Part shown: piece after piece, positions 1-11,685 of the stretch
How the letters are laid out: each line of letters starts with the position of its first letter
How positions within the stretch are numbered: position 1 is the first letter of the stretch
Assembly: GCA_964057225.1 (NCBI GenBank)
Contig: OZ059900.1
Location: 19,592,001 to 19,656,000, forward strand
Direction of reading: 5' to 3'
From: Auanema rhodensis
Taxonomy: Eukaryota > Animalia > Nematoda
Length of the DNA stretch: 64,000 nucleotides
Made by a program: the position numbers and the translations under genes
Notes under the pieces: generated by a model
What the model saw: only the letters and a program-made list of their open reading frames with translations
What the model was told of the DNA's origin: nothing
The model's database searches: none

Positions 1-3000
1 CCTTGTTTACAGCGAAATTTCCAAAAACTGGTTTTCCAGCATAATAAAATATTTCTCATGGGAAATACTGTGTTTTTGTATTTTTCTAGTGTTCAGCATG
101 TGAAATGCTTCATTTTAGTATGTAACACGCTGAAATTCGTTGCATTTGACGACTCATATGAACAAAAATCGATTTAATCAATATTAGCCATAAGGGGCGT
201 GCCCTCAGAATATGCTAATTTCCTTAATTTTCTAACCCCTGTTTTTTTGTCGTGAAAGTGGAACTAGACGTTGTACGAACAATTTTGAGCTAGGTTTCAT
301 TGACATTGCATGAGTTTGAACACATGAAATCGTAAGTCAAAACCTTGTTTACAGCGAAATTTCCAAAAACTGGTTTTCCAGCATAATAAAATATTTCTCA
401 TGGGAAATACTGTGTTTTTGTATTTTTCTAGTGTTCAGCATGTGAAATGCTTCATTTTAGTATGTAACACGCTGAAATTCGTTGCATTTGACGACTCATA
501 TGAACAAAAATCGATTTAATCAATATTAGCCATAAGGGGCGTGCCCTCAGAATATGCTAATTTCCTTAATTTTCTAACCCCTGTTTTTTTGTCGTGAAAG
601 TGGAACTAGACGTTGTACGAACAATTTTGAGCTAGGTTTCATTGACATTTCATGAGTTTGAACACATGAAATCGTAAGTCAAAACCTTGTTTACAGCGAA
701 ATTTCCAAAAACTGGTTTTCCAGCATAATAAAATATTTCTCATGGGAAATACTGTGTTTTTGTATTTTTCTAGTGTTCAGCATGTAAAATGCTTCATTTT
801 AGTATGTAACACGCTGAAATTCGTTGCATTTGACGACTCATATGAACAAAAATCGATTTAATCAATATTAGCCATAAGGGGCGTGCCCTCAGAATATGCT
901 AATTTCCTTAATTTTCTAACCCCTGTTTTTTTGTCGTGAAAGTGGGACTAGACGTTGTACGAACAATTTTGAGCTAGGTTTCATTGACATTGCATGAGTT
1001 TGAACACATGAAATCGTAAGTCAAAACCTTGTTTACAGCGAAATTTCCAAAAACTGGTTTTCCAGCATAATAAAATATTTCTCATGGAAAATACTGTGTT
1101 TTTGTATTTTTCTAGTGTTCAGCATGTAAAATGCTTCATTTTAGTATGTAACACGCTGAAATTCGTTGCATTTGACGACTCATATGAACAAAAATCGATT
1201 TAATCAATATTAGCCATAAGGGGCGTGCCCTCAGAATATGCTAATTCCCTTAATTTTCTAACCCCTGTTTTTTTGTCGTGAAAGTGGAACTAGACGTTGT
1301 ACGAACAATTTTGAGCTAGGTTTCATTGACATTGCATGAGTTTGAACACATGAAATCGTAAGTCAAAACCTTGTTTACAGCGAAATTTCCAAAAACTGGT
1401 TTTCCAGCATAATAAAATATTTCTCATGGGAAATACTGTGTTTTTGTATTTTTCTAGTGTTCAGCATGTAAAATGCTTCATTTTAGTATGTAACACGCTG
1501 AAATTCGTTGCATTTGACGACTCATATGAACAAAAATCGATTTAATCAATATTAGCCATAAGGGGCGTGCCCTCAGAATATGCTAATTCCCTTAATTTTC
1601 TAACCCCTGTTTTTTTGTCGTGAAAGTGGAACTAGACGTTGTACGAACAATTTTGAGCTAGGTTTCATTGACATTGCATGAGTTTGAACACATGAAATCG
1701 TAAGTCAAAACCTTGTTTACAGCGAAATTTCCAAAAACTGGTTTTCCAGCATAATAAAATATTTCTCATGGAAAATACTGTGTTTTTGTATTTTTCTAGT
1801 GTTCAGCATGTAAAATGCTTCATTTTAGTATGTAACACGCTGAAATTCGTTGCATTTGACGACTCATATGAACAAAAATCGATTTAATCAATATTAGCCA
1901 TAAGGGGCGTGCCCTCAGAATATGCTAATTCCCTTAATTTTCTAACCCCTGTTTTTTTGTCGTGAAAGTGGAACTAGACGTTGTACGAACAATTTTGAGC
2001 TAGGTTTCATTGACATTGCATGAGTTTGAACACATGAAATCGTAAGTCAAAACCTTGTTTACAGCGAAATTTCCAAAAACTGGTTTTCCAGCATAATAAA
2101 ATATTTCTCATGGGAAATACTGTGTTTTTGTATTTTTCTAGTGTTCAGCATGTAAAATGCTTCATTTTAGTATGTAACACGCTGAAATTCGTTGCATTTG
2201 ACGACTCATATGAACAAAAATCGATTTAATCAATATTAGCCATAAGGGGCGTGCCCTCAGAATATGCTAATTCCCTTAATTTTCTAACCCCTGTTTTTTT
2301 GTCGTGAAAGTGGAACTAGACGTTGTACGAACAATTTTGAGCTAGGTTTCATTGACATTGCATGAGTTTGAACACATGAAATCGTAAGTCAAAACCTTGT
2401 TTACAGCGAAATTTCCAAAAACTGGTTTTCCAGCATAATAAAATATTTCTCATGGGAAATACTGTGTTTTTGTATTTTTCTAGTGTTCAGCATGTAAAAT
2501 GCTTCATTTTAGTATGTAACACGCTGAAATTCGTTGCATTTGACGACTCATATGAACAAAAATCGATTTAATCAATATTAGCTATAAGGGGCGTGCCCTC
2601 AGAATATGCTAATTTCCTTAATTTTCTAACTCCTGTTTTTTTGTCGTGAAAGTGGGACTAGACGTTGTACGAACAATTTTGAGCTAGGTTTCATTGACAT
2701 TGCATGAGTTTGAACACATGAAATCGTAAGTCAAAACCTTGTTTACAGCGAAATTTCCAAAAACTGGTTTTCCAGCATAATAAAATATTTCTCATGGGAA
2801 ATACTGTGTTTTTGTATTTTTCTAGTGTTCAGCATGTAAAATGCTTCATTTTAGTATGTAACACGCTGAAATTCGTTGCATTTGACGACTCATATGAACA
2901 AAAATCGATTTAATCAATATTAGCCATAAGGGGCGTACCCTCAGAATATGCTAATTCCCTTAATTTTCTAACCCCTGTTTTTTTGTCGTGAAAGTGGAAC

Positions 3001-5814
3001 TAGACGTTGTACGAACAATTTTGAGCTAGGTTTCATTGACATTGCATGAGTTTGAACACATGAAATCGTAAGTCAAAACCTTGTTTACAGCGAAATTTCC
3101 AAAAACTGGTTTTCCAGCATAATAAAATATTTCTCATGGGAAATACTGTGTTTTTGTATTTTTCTAGTGTTCAGCATGTGAAATGCTTCATTTTAGTATG
3201 TAACACGCTGAAATTCGTTGCATTTGACGACTCATATGAACAAAAATCGATTTAATCAATATTAGCCATAAGGGGCGTGCCCTCAGAATATGCTAATTCC
3301 CTTAATTTTCTAACTCCTGTTTTTTTGTCGTGAAAGTGGAACTAGACGTTGTACGAACAATTTTGAGCTAGGTTTCATTGACATTGCATGAGTTTGAACA
3401 CATGAAATCGTAAGTCAAAACCTTGTTTACAGCGAAATTTCCAAAAACTGGTTTTCCAGCATAATAAAATATTTCTCATGGGAAATACAGTGTTTTTGTA
3501 TTTTTCTAGTGTTCAGCATGTAAAATGCTTCACTTTAGTATGTAACACGCTGAAATTCGTTGCATTTGACGACTCATATGAACAAAAATCGATTTAATCA
3601 ATATTAGCCATAAGGGGCGTGCCCTCAGAATATGCTAATTTCCTTAATTTTCTAACCCCTGTTTTTTTGTCGTGAAAGTGGAACTAGACGTTGTACGAAC
3701 AATTTTGAGCTAGGTTTCATTGACATTGCATGAGTTTGAACACATGAAATCGTAAGTCAAAACCTTGTTTACAGCGAAATTTCCAAAAACTGGTTTTCCA
3801 GCATAATAAAATATTTCTCATGGGAAATACTGTGTTTTTGTATTTTTCTAGTGTTCAGCATGTAAAATGCTTCATTTTAGTATGTAACACGCTGAAATTC
3901 GTTGCATTTGACGACTCATATGAACAAAAATCGATTTAATCAATATTAGCCATAAGGGGCGTGCCCTCAGAATATGCTAATTTCCTTAATTTTCTAACCC
4001 CTGTTTTTTTGTCGTGAAAGTGGGACTAGACGTTGTACAAACAATTTTGAGCTAGGTTTCATTGACATTGCATGAGTTTGAACACATGAAATCGTAAGTC
4101 AAAACCTTGTTTACAGCGAAATTTCCAAAAACTGGTTTTCCAGCATAATAAAATATTTCTCATGGGAAATACTGTGTTTTTGTATTTTTCTAGTGTTCAG
4201 CATGTAAAATGCTTCATTTTAGTATGTAACACGCTGAAATTCGTTGCATTTGACGACTCATATGAACAAAAATCGATTTAATCAATATTAGCCATAAGGG
4301 GCGTGCCCTCAGAATATGCTAATTCCCTTAATTTTCTAACCCCTGTTTTTTTGTCGTGAAAGTGGAACTAGACGTTGTACAAACAATTTTGAGCTAGGTT
4401 TCATTGACATTGCATGAGTTTGAACACATGAAATCGTAAGTCAAAACCTTGTTTACAGCGAAATTTCCAAAAACTGGTTTTCCAGCATAATAAAATATTT
4501 CTCATGGGAAATACTGTGTTTTTGTATTTTTCTAGTGTTCAGCATGTAAAATGCTTCATTTTAGTATGTAACACGCTGAAATTCGTTGCATTTGACGACT
4601 CATATGAACAAAAATCGATTTAATCAATATTAGCCATAAGGGGCGTGCCCTCAGAATATGCTAATTTCCTTAATTTTCTAACCCCTGTTTTTTTGTCGTG
4701 AAAGTGGAACTAGACGTTGTACGAACAATTTTGAGCTAGGTTTCATTGACATTGCATGAGTTTGAACACATGAAATCGTAAGTCAAAACCTTGTTTACAG
4801 CGAAATTTCCAAAAACTGGTTTTCCAGCATAATAAAATATTTCTCATGGGAAATACTGTGTTTTTGTATTTTTCTAGTTTTCAGCATGTAAAATGCTTCA
4901 TTTTAGTATGTAACACGCTGAAATTCGTTGCATTTGACGACTCATATGAACAAAAATCGATTTAATCAATATTAGCCATAAGGGGCGTGCCCTCAGAATA
5001 TGCTAATTTCCTTAATTTTCTAACCCCTGTTTTTTTGTCGTGAAAGTGGAACTAGACGTTGTACGAACGATTTTGAGCTAGGTTTCATTGACATTGCATG
5101 AGTTTGAACACATGAAATCGTAAGTCAAAACCTTGTTTACAGCGAAATTTCCAAAAACTGGTTTTCCAGCATAATAAAATATTTCTCATGGGAAATACTG
5201 TGTTTTTGTATTTTTCTAGTGTTCAGCATGTAAAATGCTTCATTTTAGTATGTAACACGCTGAAATTCGTTGCATTTGACGACTCATATGAACAAAAATC
5301 GATTTAATCAATATTAGCCATAAGGGGCGTGCCCTCAGAATATGCTAATTTCCTTAATTTTCTAACCCCTGTTTTTTTGTCGTGAAAGTGGGACTAGACG
5401 TTGTACGAACAATTTTGAGCTAGGTTTCATTGACATTGCATGAGTTTGAACACATGAAATCGTAAGTCAAAACCTTGTTTACAGCGAAATTTCCAAAAAC
5501 TGGTTTTCCAGCATAATAAAATATTTCTCATGGAAAATACTGTGTTTTTGTATTTTTCTAGTGTTCAGCATGTGAAATGCTTCATTTTAGTATGTAACAC
5601 GCTGAAATTCGTTGCATTTGACGACTCATATGAACAAAAATCGATTTAATCAATATTAGCCATAAGGGGCGTGCCCTCAGAATATGCTAATTTCCTTAAT
5701 TTTCTAACCCCTGTTTTTTTGTCGTGAAAGTGGAACTAGACGTTGTACGAACAATTTTGAGCTAGGTTTCATTGACATTGCATGAGTTTGAACACATGAA
5801 ATCGTAAGTCAAAA

Positions 5815-6139
5815 CCTTGTTTACAGCGAAATTTCCAAAAACTGGTTTTCCAGCATAATAAAATATTTCTCATGGAAAATACTGTGTTTTTGTATTTTTC
5901 TAGTGTTCAGCATGTAAAATGCTTCATTTTAGTATGTAACACGCTGAAATTCGTTGCATTTGACGACTCATATGAACAAAAATCGATTTAATCAATATTA
6001 GCCATAAGGGGCGTGCCCTCAGAATATGCTAATTTCCTTAATTTTCTAAACCCTGTTTTTTTGTCGTGAAAGTGGAACTAGACGTTGTACGAACAATTTT
6101 GAGCTAGGTTTCATTGACATTGCATGAGTTTGAACACAA
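5815..6139 (+). repeat. 325-bp monomer variant (17-bp deletion TGAAATCGTAAGTCAAA)
   Basis: TGAACACA|ACCTTG at 6131-6144. The next monomer starts at 6140 instead of 6157. Confidence 0.95.
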
Positions 6140-9100
6140 CCTTGTTTACAGCGAAATTTCCAAAAACTGGTTTTCCAGCATAATAAAATATTTCTCATGG
6201 GAAATACTGTGTTTTTGTATTTTTCTAGTGTTCAGCATGTAAAATGCTTCATTTTAGTATGTAACACGCTGAAATTCGTTGCATTTGACGACTCATATGA
6301 ACAAAAATCGATTTAATCAATATTAGCCATAAGGGGCGTGCCCTCAGAATATGCTAATTTCCTTAATTTTCTAACCCCTGTTTTTTTGTCGTGAAAGTGG
6401 GACTAGACGTTGTACGAACAATTTTGAGCTAGGTTTCATTGACATTGCATGAGTTTGAACACATGAAATCGTAAGTCAAAACCTTGTTTACAGCGAAATT
6501 TCCAAAAACTGGTTTTCCAGCATAATAAAATATTTCTCATGGAAAATACTGTGTTTTTGTATTTTTCTAGTGTTCAGCATGTAAAATGCTTCATTTTAGT
6601 ATGTAACACGCTGAAATTCGTTGCATTTGACGACTCATATGAACAAAAATCGATTTAATCAATATTAGCCATAAGGGGCGTGCCCTCAGAATATGCTAAT
6701 TCCCTTAATTTTCTAACCCCTGTTTTTTTGTCGTGAAAGTGGAACTAGACGTTGTACGAACAATTTTGAGCTAGGTTTCATTGACATTGCATGAGTTTGA
6801 ACACATGAAATCGTAAGTCAAAACCTTGTTTACAGCGAAATTTCCAAAAACTGGTTTTCCAGCATAATAAAATATTTCTCATGGGAAATACTGTGTTTTT
6901 GTATTTTTCTAGTGTTCAGCATGTAAAATGCTTCATTTTAGTATGTAACACGCTGAAATTCGTTGCATTTGACGACTCATATGAACAAAAATCGATTTAA
7001 TCAATATTAGCCATAAGGGGCGTGCCCTCAGAATATGCTAATTCCCTTAATTTTCTAACCCCTGTTTTTTTGTCGTGAAAGTGGAACTAGACGTTGTACG
7101 AACAATTTTGAGCTAGGTTTCATTGACATTGCATGAGTTTGAACACATGAAATCGTAAGTCAAAACCTTGTTTACAGCGAAATTTCCAAAAACTGGTTTT
7201 CCAGCATAATAAAATATTTCTCATGGAAAATACTGTGTTTTTGTATTTTTCTAGTGTTCAGCATGTAAAATGCTTCATTTTAGTATGTAACACGCTGAAA
7301 TTCGTTGCATTTGACGACTCATATGAACAAAAATCGATTTAATCAATATTAGCCATAAGGGGCGTGCCCTCAGAATATGCTAATTCCCTTAATTTTCTAA
7401 CCCCTGTTTTTTTGTCGTGAAAGTGGAACTAGACGTTGTACGAACAATTTTGAGCTAGGTTTCATTGACATTGCATGAGTTTGAACACATGAAATCGTAA
7501 GTCAAAACCTTGTTTACAGCGAAATTTCCAAAAACTGGTTTTCCAGCATAATAAAATATTTCTCATGGGAAATACTGTGTTTTTGTATTTTTCTAGTGTT
7601 CAGCATGTAAAATGCTTCATTTTAGTATGTAACACGCTGAAATTCGTTGCATTTGACGACTCATATGAACAAAAATCGATTTAATCAATATTAGCCATAA
7701 GGGGCGTACCCTCAGAATATGCTAATTCCCTTAATTTTCTAACCCCTGTTTTTTTGTCGTGAAAGTGGAACTAGACGTTGTACGAACAATTTTGAGCTAG
7801 GTTTCATTGACATTGCATGAGTTTGAACACATGAAATCGTAAGTCAAAACCTTGTTTACAGCGAAATTTCCAAAAACTGGTTTTCCAGCATAATAAAATA
7901 TTTCTCATGGGAAATACTGTGTTTTTGTATTTTTCTAGTGTTCAGCATGTGAAATGCTTCATTTTAGTATGTAACACGCTGAAATTCGTTGCATTTGACG
8001 ACTCATATGAACAAAAATCGATTGAATCAATATTAGCCATAAGGGGCGTGCCCTCAGAATATGCTAATTCCCTTAATTTTCTAACTCCTGTTTTTTTGTC
8101 GTGAAAGTGGAACTAGACGTTGTACGAACAATTTTGAGCTAGGTTTCATTGACATTGCATGAGTTTGAACACATGAAATCGTAAGTCAAAACCTTGTTTA
8201 CAGCGAAATTTCCAAAAACTGGTTTTCCAGCATAATAAAATATTTCTCATGGGAAATACAGTGTTTTTGTATTTTTCTAGTGTTCAGCATGTAAAATGCT
8301 TCACTTTAGTATGTAACACGCTGAAATTCGTTGCATTTGACGACTCATATGAACAAAAATCGATTTAATCAATATTAGCCATAAGGGGCGTGCCCTCAGA
8401 ATATGCTAATTTCCTTAATTTTCTAACCCCTGTTTTTTTGTCGTGAAAGTGGAACTAGACGTTGTACGAACAATTTTGAGCTAGGTTTCATTGACATTGC
8501 ATGAGTTTGAACACATGAAATCGTAAGTCAAAACCTTGTTTACAGCGAAATTTCCAAAAACTGGTTTTCCAGCATAATAAAATATTTCTCATGGGAAATA
8601 CTGTGTTTTTGTATTTTTCTAGTGTTCAGCATGTAAAATGCTTCATTTTAGTATGTAACACGCTGAAATTCGTTGCATTTGATGACTCATATGAACAAAA
8701 ATCGATTTAATCAATATTAGCCATAAGGGGCGTGCCCTCAGAATATGCTAATTTCCTTAATTTTCTAACCCCTGTTTTTTTGTCGTGAAAGTGGGACTAG
8801 ACGTTGTACAAACAATTTTGAGCTAGGTTTCATTGACATTGCATGAGTTTGAACACATGAAATCGTAAGTCAAAACCTTGTTTACAGCGAAATTTCCAAA
8901 AACTGGTTTTCCAGCATAATAAAATATTTCTCATGGGAAATACTGTGTTTTTGTATTTTTCTAGTGTTCAGCATGTAAAATGCTTCATTTTAGTATGTAA
9001 CACGCTGAAATTCGTTGCATTTGACGACTCATATGAACAAAAATCGATTTAATCAATATTAGCCATAAGGGGCGTGCCCTCAGAATATGCTAATTCCCTT

Positions 9101-10585
9101 AATTTTCTAACCCCTGTTTTTTTGTCGTGAAAGTGGAACTAGACGTTGTACAAACAATTTTGAGCTAGGTTTCATTGACATTGCATGAGTTTGAACACAT
9201 GAAATCGTAAGTCAAAACCTTGTTTACAGCGAAATTTCCAAAAACTGGTTTTCCAGCATAATAAAATATTTCTCATGGGAAATACTGTGTTTTTGTATTT
9301 TTCTAGTGTTCAGCATGTAAAATGCTTCATTTTAGTATGTAACACGCTGAAATTCGTTGCATTTGACGACTCATATGAACAAAAATCGATTTAATCAATA
9401 TTAGCCATAAGGGGCGTGCCCTCAGAATATGCTAATTTCCTTAATTTTCTAACCCCTGTTTTTTTGTCGTGAAAGTGGAACTAGACGTTGTACGAACAAT
9501 TTTGAGCTAGGTTTCATTGACATTGCATGAGTTTGAACACATGAAATCGTAAGTCAAAACCTTGTTTACAGCGAAATTTCCAAAAACTGGTTTTCCAGCA
9601 TAATAAAATATTTCTCATGGGAAATACTGTGTTTTTGTATTTTTCTAGTTTTCAGCATGTAAAATGCTTCATTTTAGTATGTAACACGCTGAAATTCGTT
9701 GCATTTGACGACTCATATGAACAAAAATCGATTTAATCAATATTAGCCATAAGGGGCGTGCCCTCAGAATATGCTAATTTCCTTAATTTTCTAACCCCTG
9801 TTTTTTTGTCGTGAAAGTGGAACTAGACGTTGTACGAACAATTTTGAGCTAGGTTTCATTGACATTGCATGAGTTTGAACACATGAAATCGTAAGTCAAA
9901 ACCTTGTTTACAGCGAAATTTCCAAAAACTGGTTTTCCAGCATAATAAAATATTTCTCATGGGAAATACTGTGTTTTTGTATTTTTCTAGTGTTCAGCAT
10001 GTAAAATGCTTCATTTTAGTATGTAACACGCTGAAATTCGTTGCATTTGACGACTCATATGAACAAAAATCGATTTAATCAATATTAGCCATAAGGGGCG
10101 TGCCCTCAGAATATGCTAATTTCCTTAATTTTCTAACCCCTGTTTTTTTGTCGTGAAAGTGGGACTAGACGTTGTACGAACAATTTTGAGCTAGGTTTCA
10201 TTGACATTGCATGAGTTTGAACACATGAAATCGTAAGTCAAAACCTTGTTTACAGCGAAATTTCCAAAAACTGGTTTTCCAGCATAATAAAATATTTCTC
10301 ATGGAAAATACTGTGTTTTTGTATTTTTCTAGTGTTCAGCATGTAAAATGCTTCATTTTAGTATGTAACACGCTGAAATTCGTTGCATTTGACGACTCAT
10401 ATGAACAAAAATCGATTTAATCAATATTAGCCATAAGGGGCGTGCCCTCAGAATATGCTAATTTCCTTAATTTTCTAACCCCTGTTTTTTTGTCGTGAAA
10501 GTGGAACTAGACGTTGTACGAACAATTTTGAGCTAGGTTTCATTGACATTGCATGAGTTTGAACACATGAAATCGTAAGTCAAAA

Positions 10586-10910
10586 CCTTGTTTACAGCGA
10601 AATTTCCAAAAACTGGTTTTCCAGCATAATAAAATATTTCTCATGGGAAATACTGTGTTTTTGTATTTTTCTAGTGTTCAGCATGTAAAATGCTTCATTT
10701 TAGTATATAACACGCTGAAATTCGTTGCATTTGACGACTCATATGAACAAAAATCGATTTAATCAATATTAGCCATAAGGGGCGTGCCCTCAGAATATGC
10801 TAATTTCCTTAATTTTCTAACCCCTGTTTTTTTGTCGTGAAAGTGGAACTAGACGTTGTACGAACAATTTTGAGCTAGGTTTCATTGACATTGCATGAGT
10901 TTGAACACAA
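10586..10910 (+). repeat. Second 325-bp monomer with the same 17-bp deletion
   Basis: TTGAACACAA CCTTG at 10901-10915. Confidence 0.95.
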
Positions 10911-11664
10911 CCTTGTTTACAGCGAAATTTCCAAAAACTGGTTTTCCAGCATAATAAAATATTTCTCATGGAAAATACTGTGTTTTTGTATTTTTCTAGT
11001 GTTCAGCATGTAAAATGCTTCATTTTAGTATGTAACACGCTGAAATTCGTTGCATTTGACGACTCATATGAACAAAAATCGATTTAATCAATATTAGCCA
11101 TAAGGGGCGTGCCCTCAGAATATGCTAATTTCCTTAATTTTCTAACCCCTGTTTTTTTGTCGTGAAAGTGGGACTAGACGTTGTACGAACAATTTTGAGC
11201 TAGGTTTCATTGACATTGCATGAGTTTGAACACATGAAATCGTAAGTCAAAACCTTGTTTACAGCGAAATTTCCAAAAACTGGTTTTCCAGCATAATAAA
11301 ATATTTCTCATGGGAAATACTGTGTTTTTGTATTTTTCTAGTGTTCAGCATGTAAAATGCTTCATTTTAGTATGTAACACGCTGAAATTCGTTGCATTTG
11401 ACGACTCATATGAACAAAAATCGATTTAATCAATATTAGCCATAAGGGGCGTACCCTCAGAATATGCTAATTCCCTTAATTTTCTAACCCCTGTTTTTTT
11501 GTCGTGAAAGTGGAACTAGACGTTGTACGAACAATTTTGAGCTAGGTTTCATTGACATTGCATGAGTTTGAACACATGAAATCGTAAGTCAAAACCTTGT
11601 TTACAGCGAAATTTCCAAAAACTGGTTTTCCAGCATAATAAAATATTTCTCATGGGAAATACTG

Positions 11665-11685
11665 TGTTTTTGTAAAAATTGTTCG
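11665..11685. other. Orientation-switch junction J1 (convergent, + to -)
   Basis: TGTGTTTTTGTA|AAAATTGTTCG: forward position 80 is joined to reverse position 286, essentially blunt, with no inserted bases. Confidence 0.95.

Larger units (their letters stand above)
2737..11250 (+). repeat. Higher-order duplication with 4771-bp offset (14 monomers minus 17 bp)
   Basis: Rare variants pair at exactly 4771: GGCGTACCC 2937/7708, AATACAG 3489/8260, CACTTT 3533/8304, CTAGTTT 4879/9650, and the monomer start after the 17-bp deletion 6140/10911. Confidence 0.9.
1..11674 (+). repeat. Satellite block A, forward orientation, ~34 monomers
   Basis: Forward monomers continue to ...ACTGTGTTTTTGTA at 11674 (monomer position 80; the last monomer starts at 11595). 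Confidence 0.97.

Noticed and set aside
135-151. CENP-B-box-like motif ATTCGTTGCATTTGACG
   Set aside because: It shares TTCGTTG and the central A with the canonical box but lacks the essential CGGG (6 of 9 core positions), so it is not supportable.
1-342. Primate alpha satellite (171-bp) dimer, or a tandem 5S rRNA/tRNA/snRNA gene unit
   Set aside because: Only the length coincides with alpha satellite; the sequence does not resemble it. I recognise no 5S, tRNA or snRNA motifs, and a covariance-model (Rfam) search would be needed to exclude these fully.
7907-8104. 65-aa ORF on +
   Set aside because: It is ordinary satellite sequence. The frame is open only because this monomer combines the common TGTGAAA allele with a private TAA>GAA change at 8024. 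Other monomers have stops, and the peptide resembles no family I recognise.
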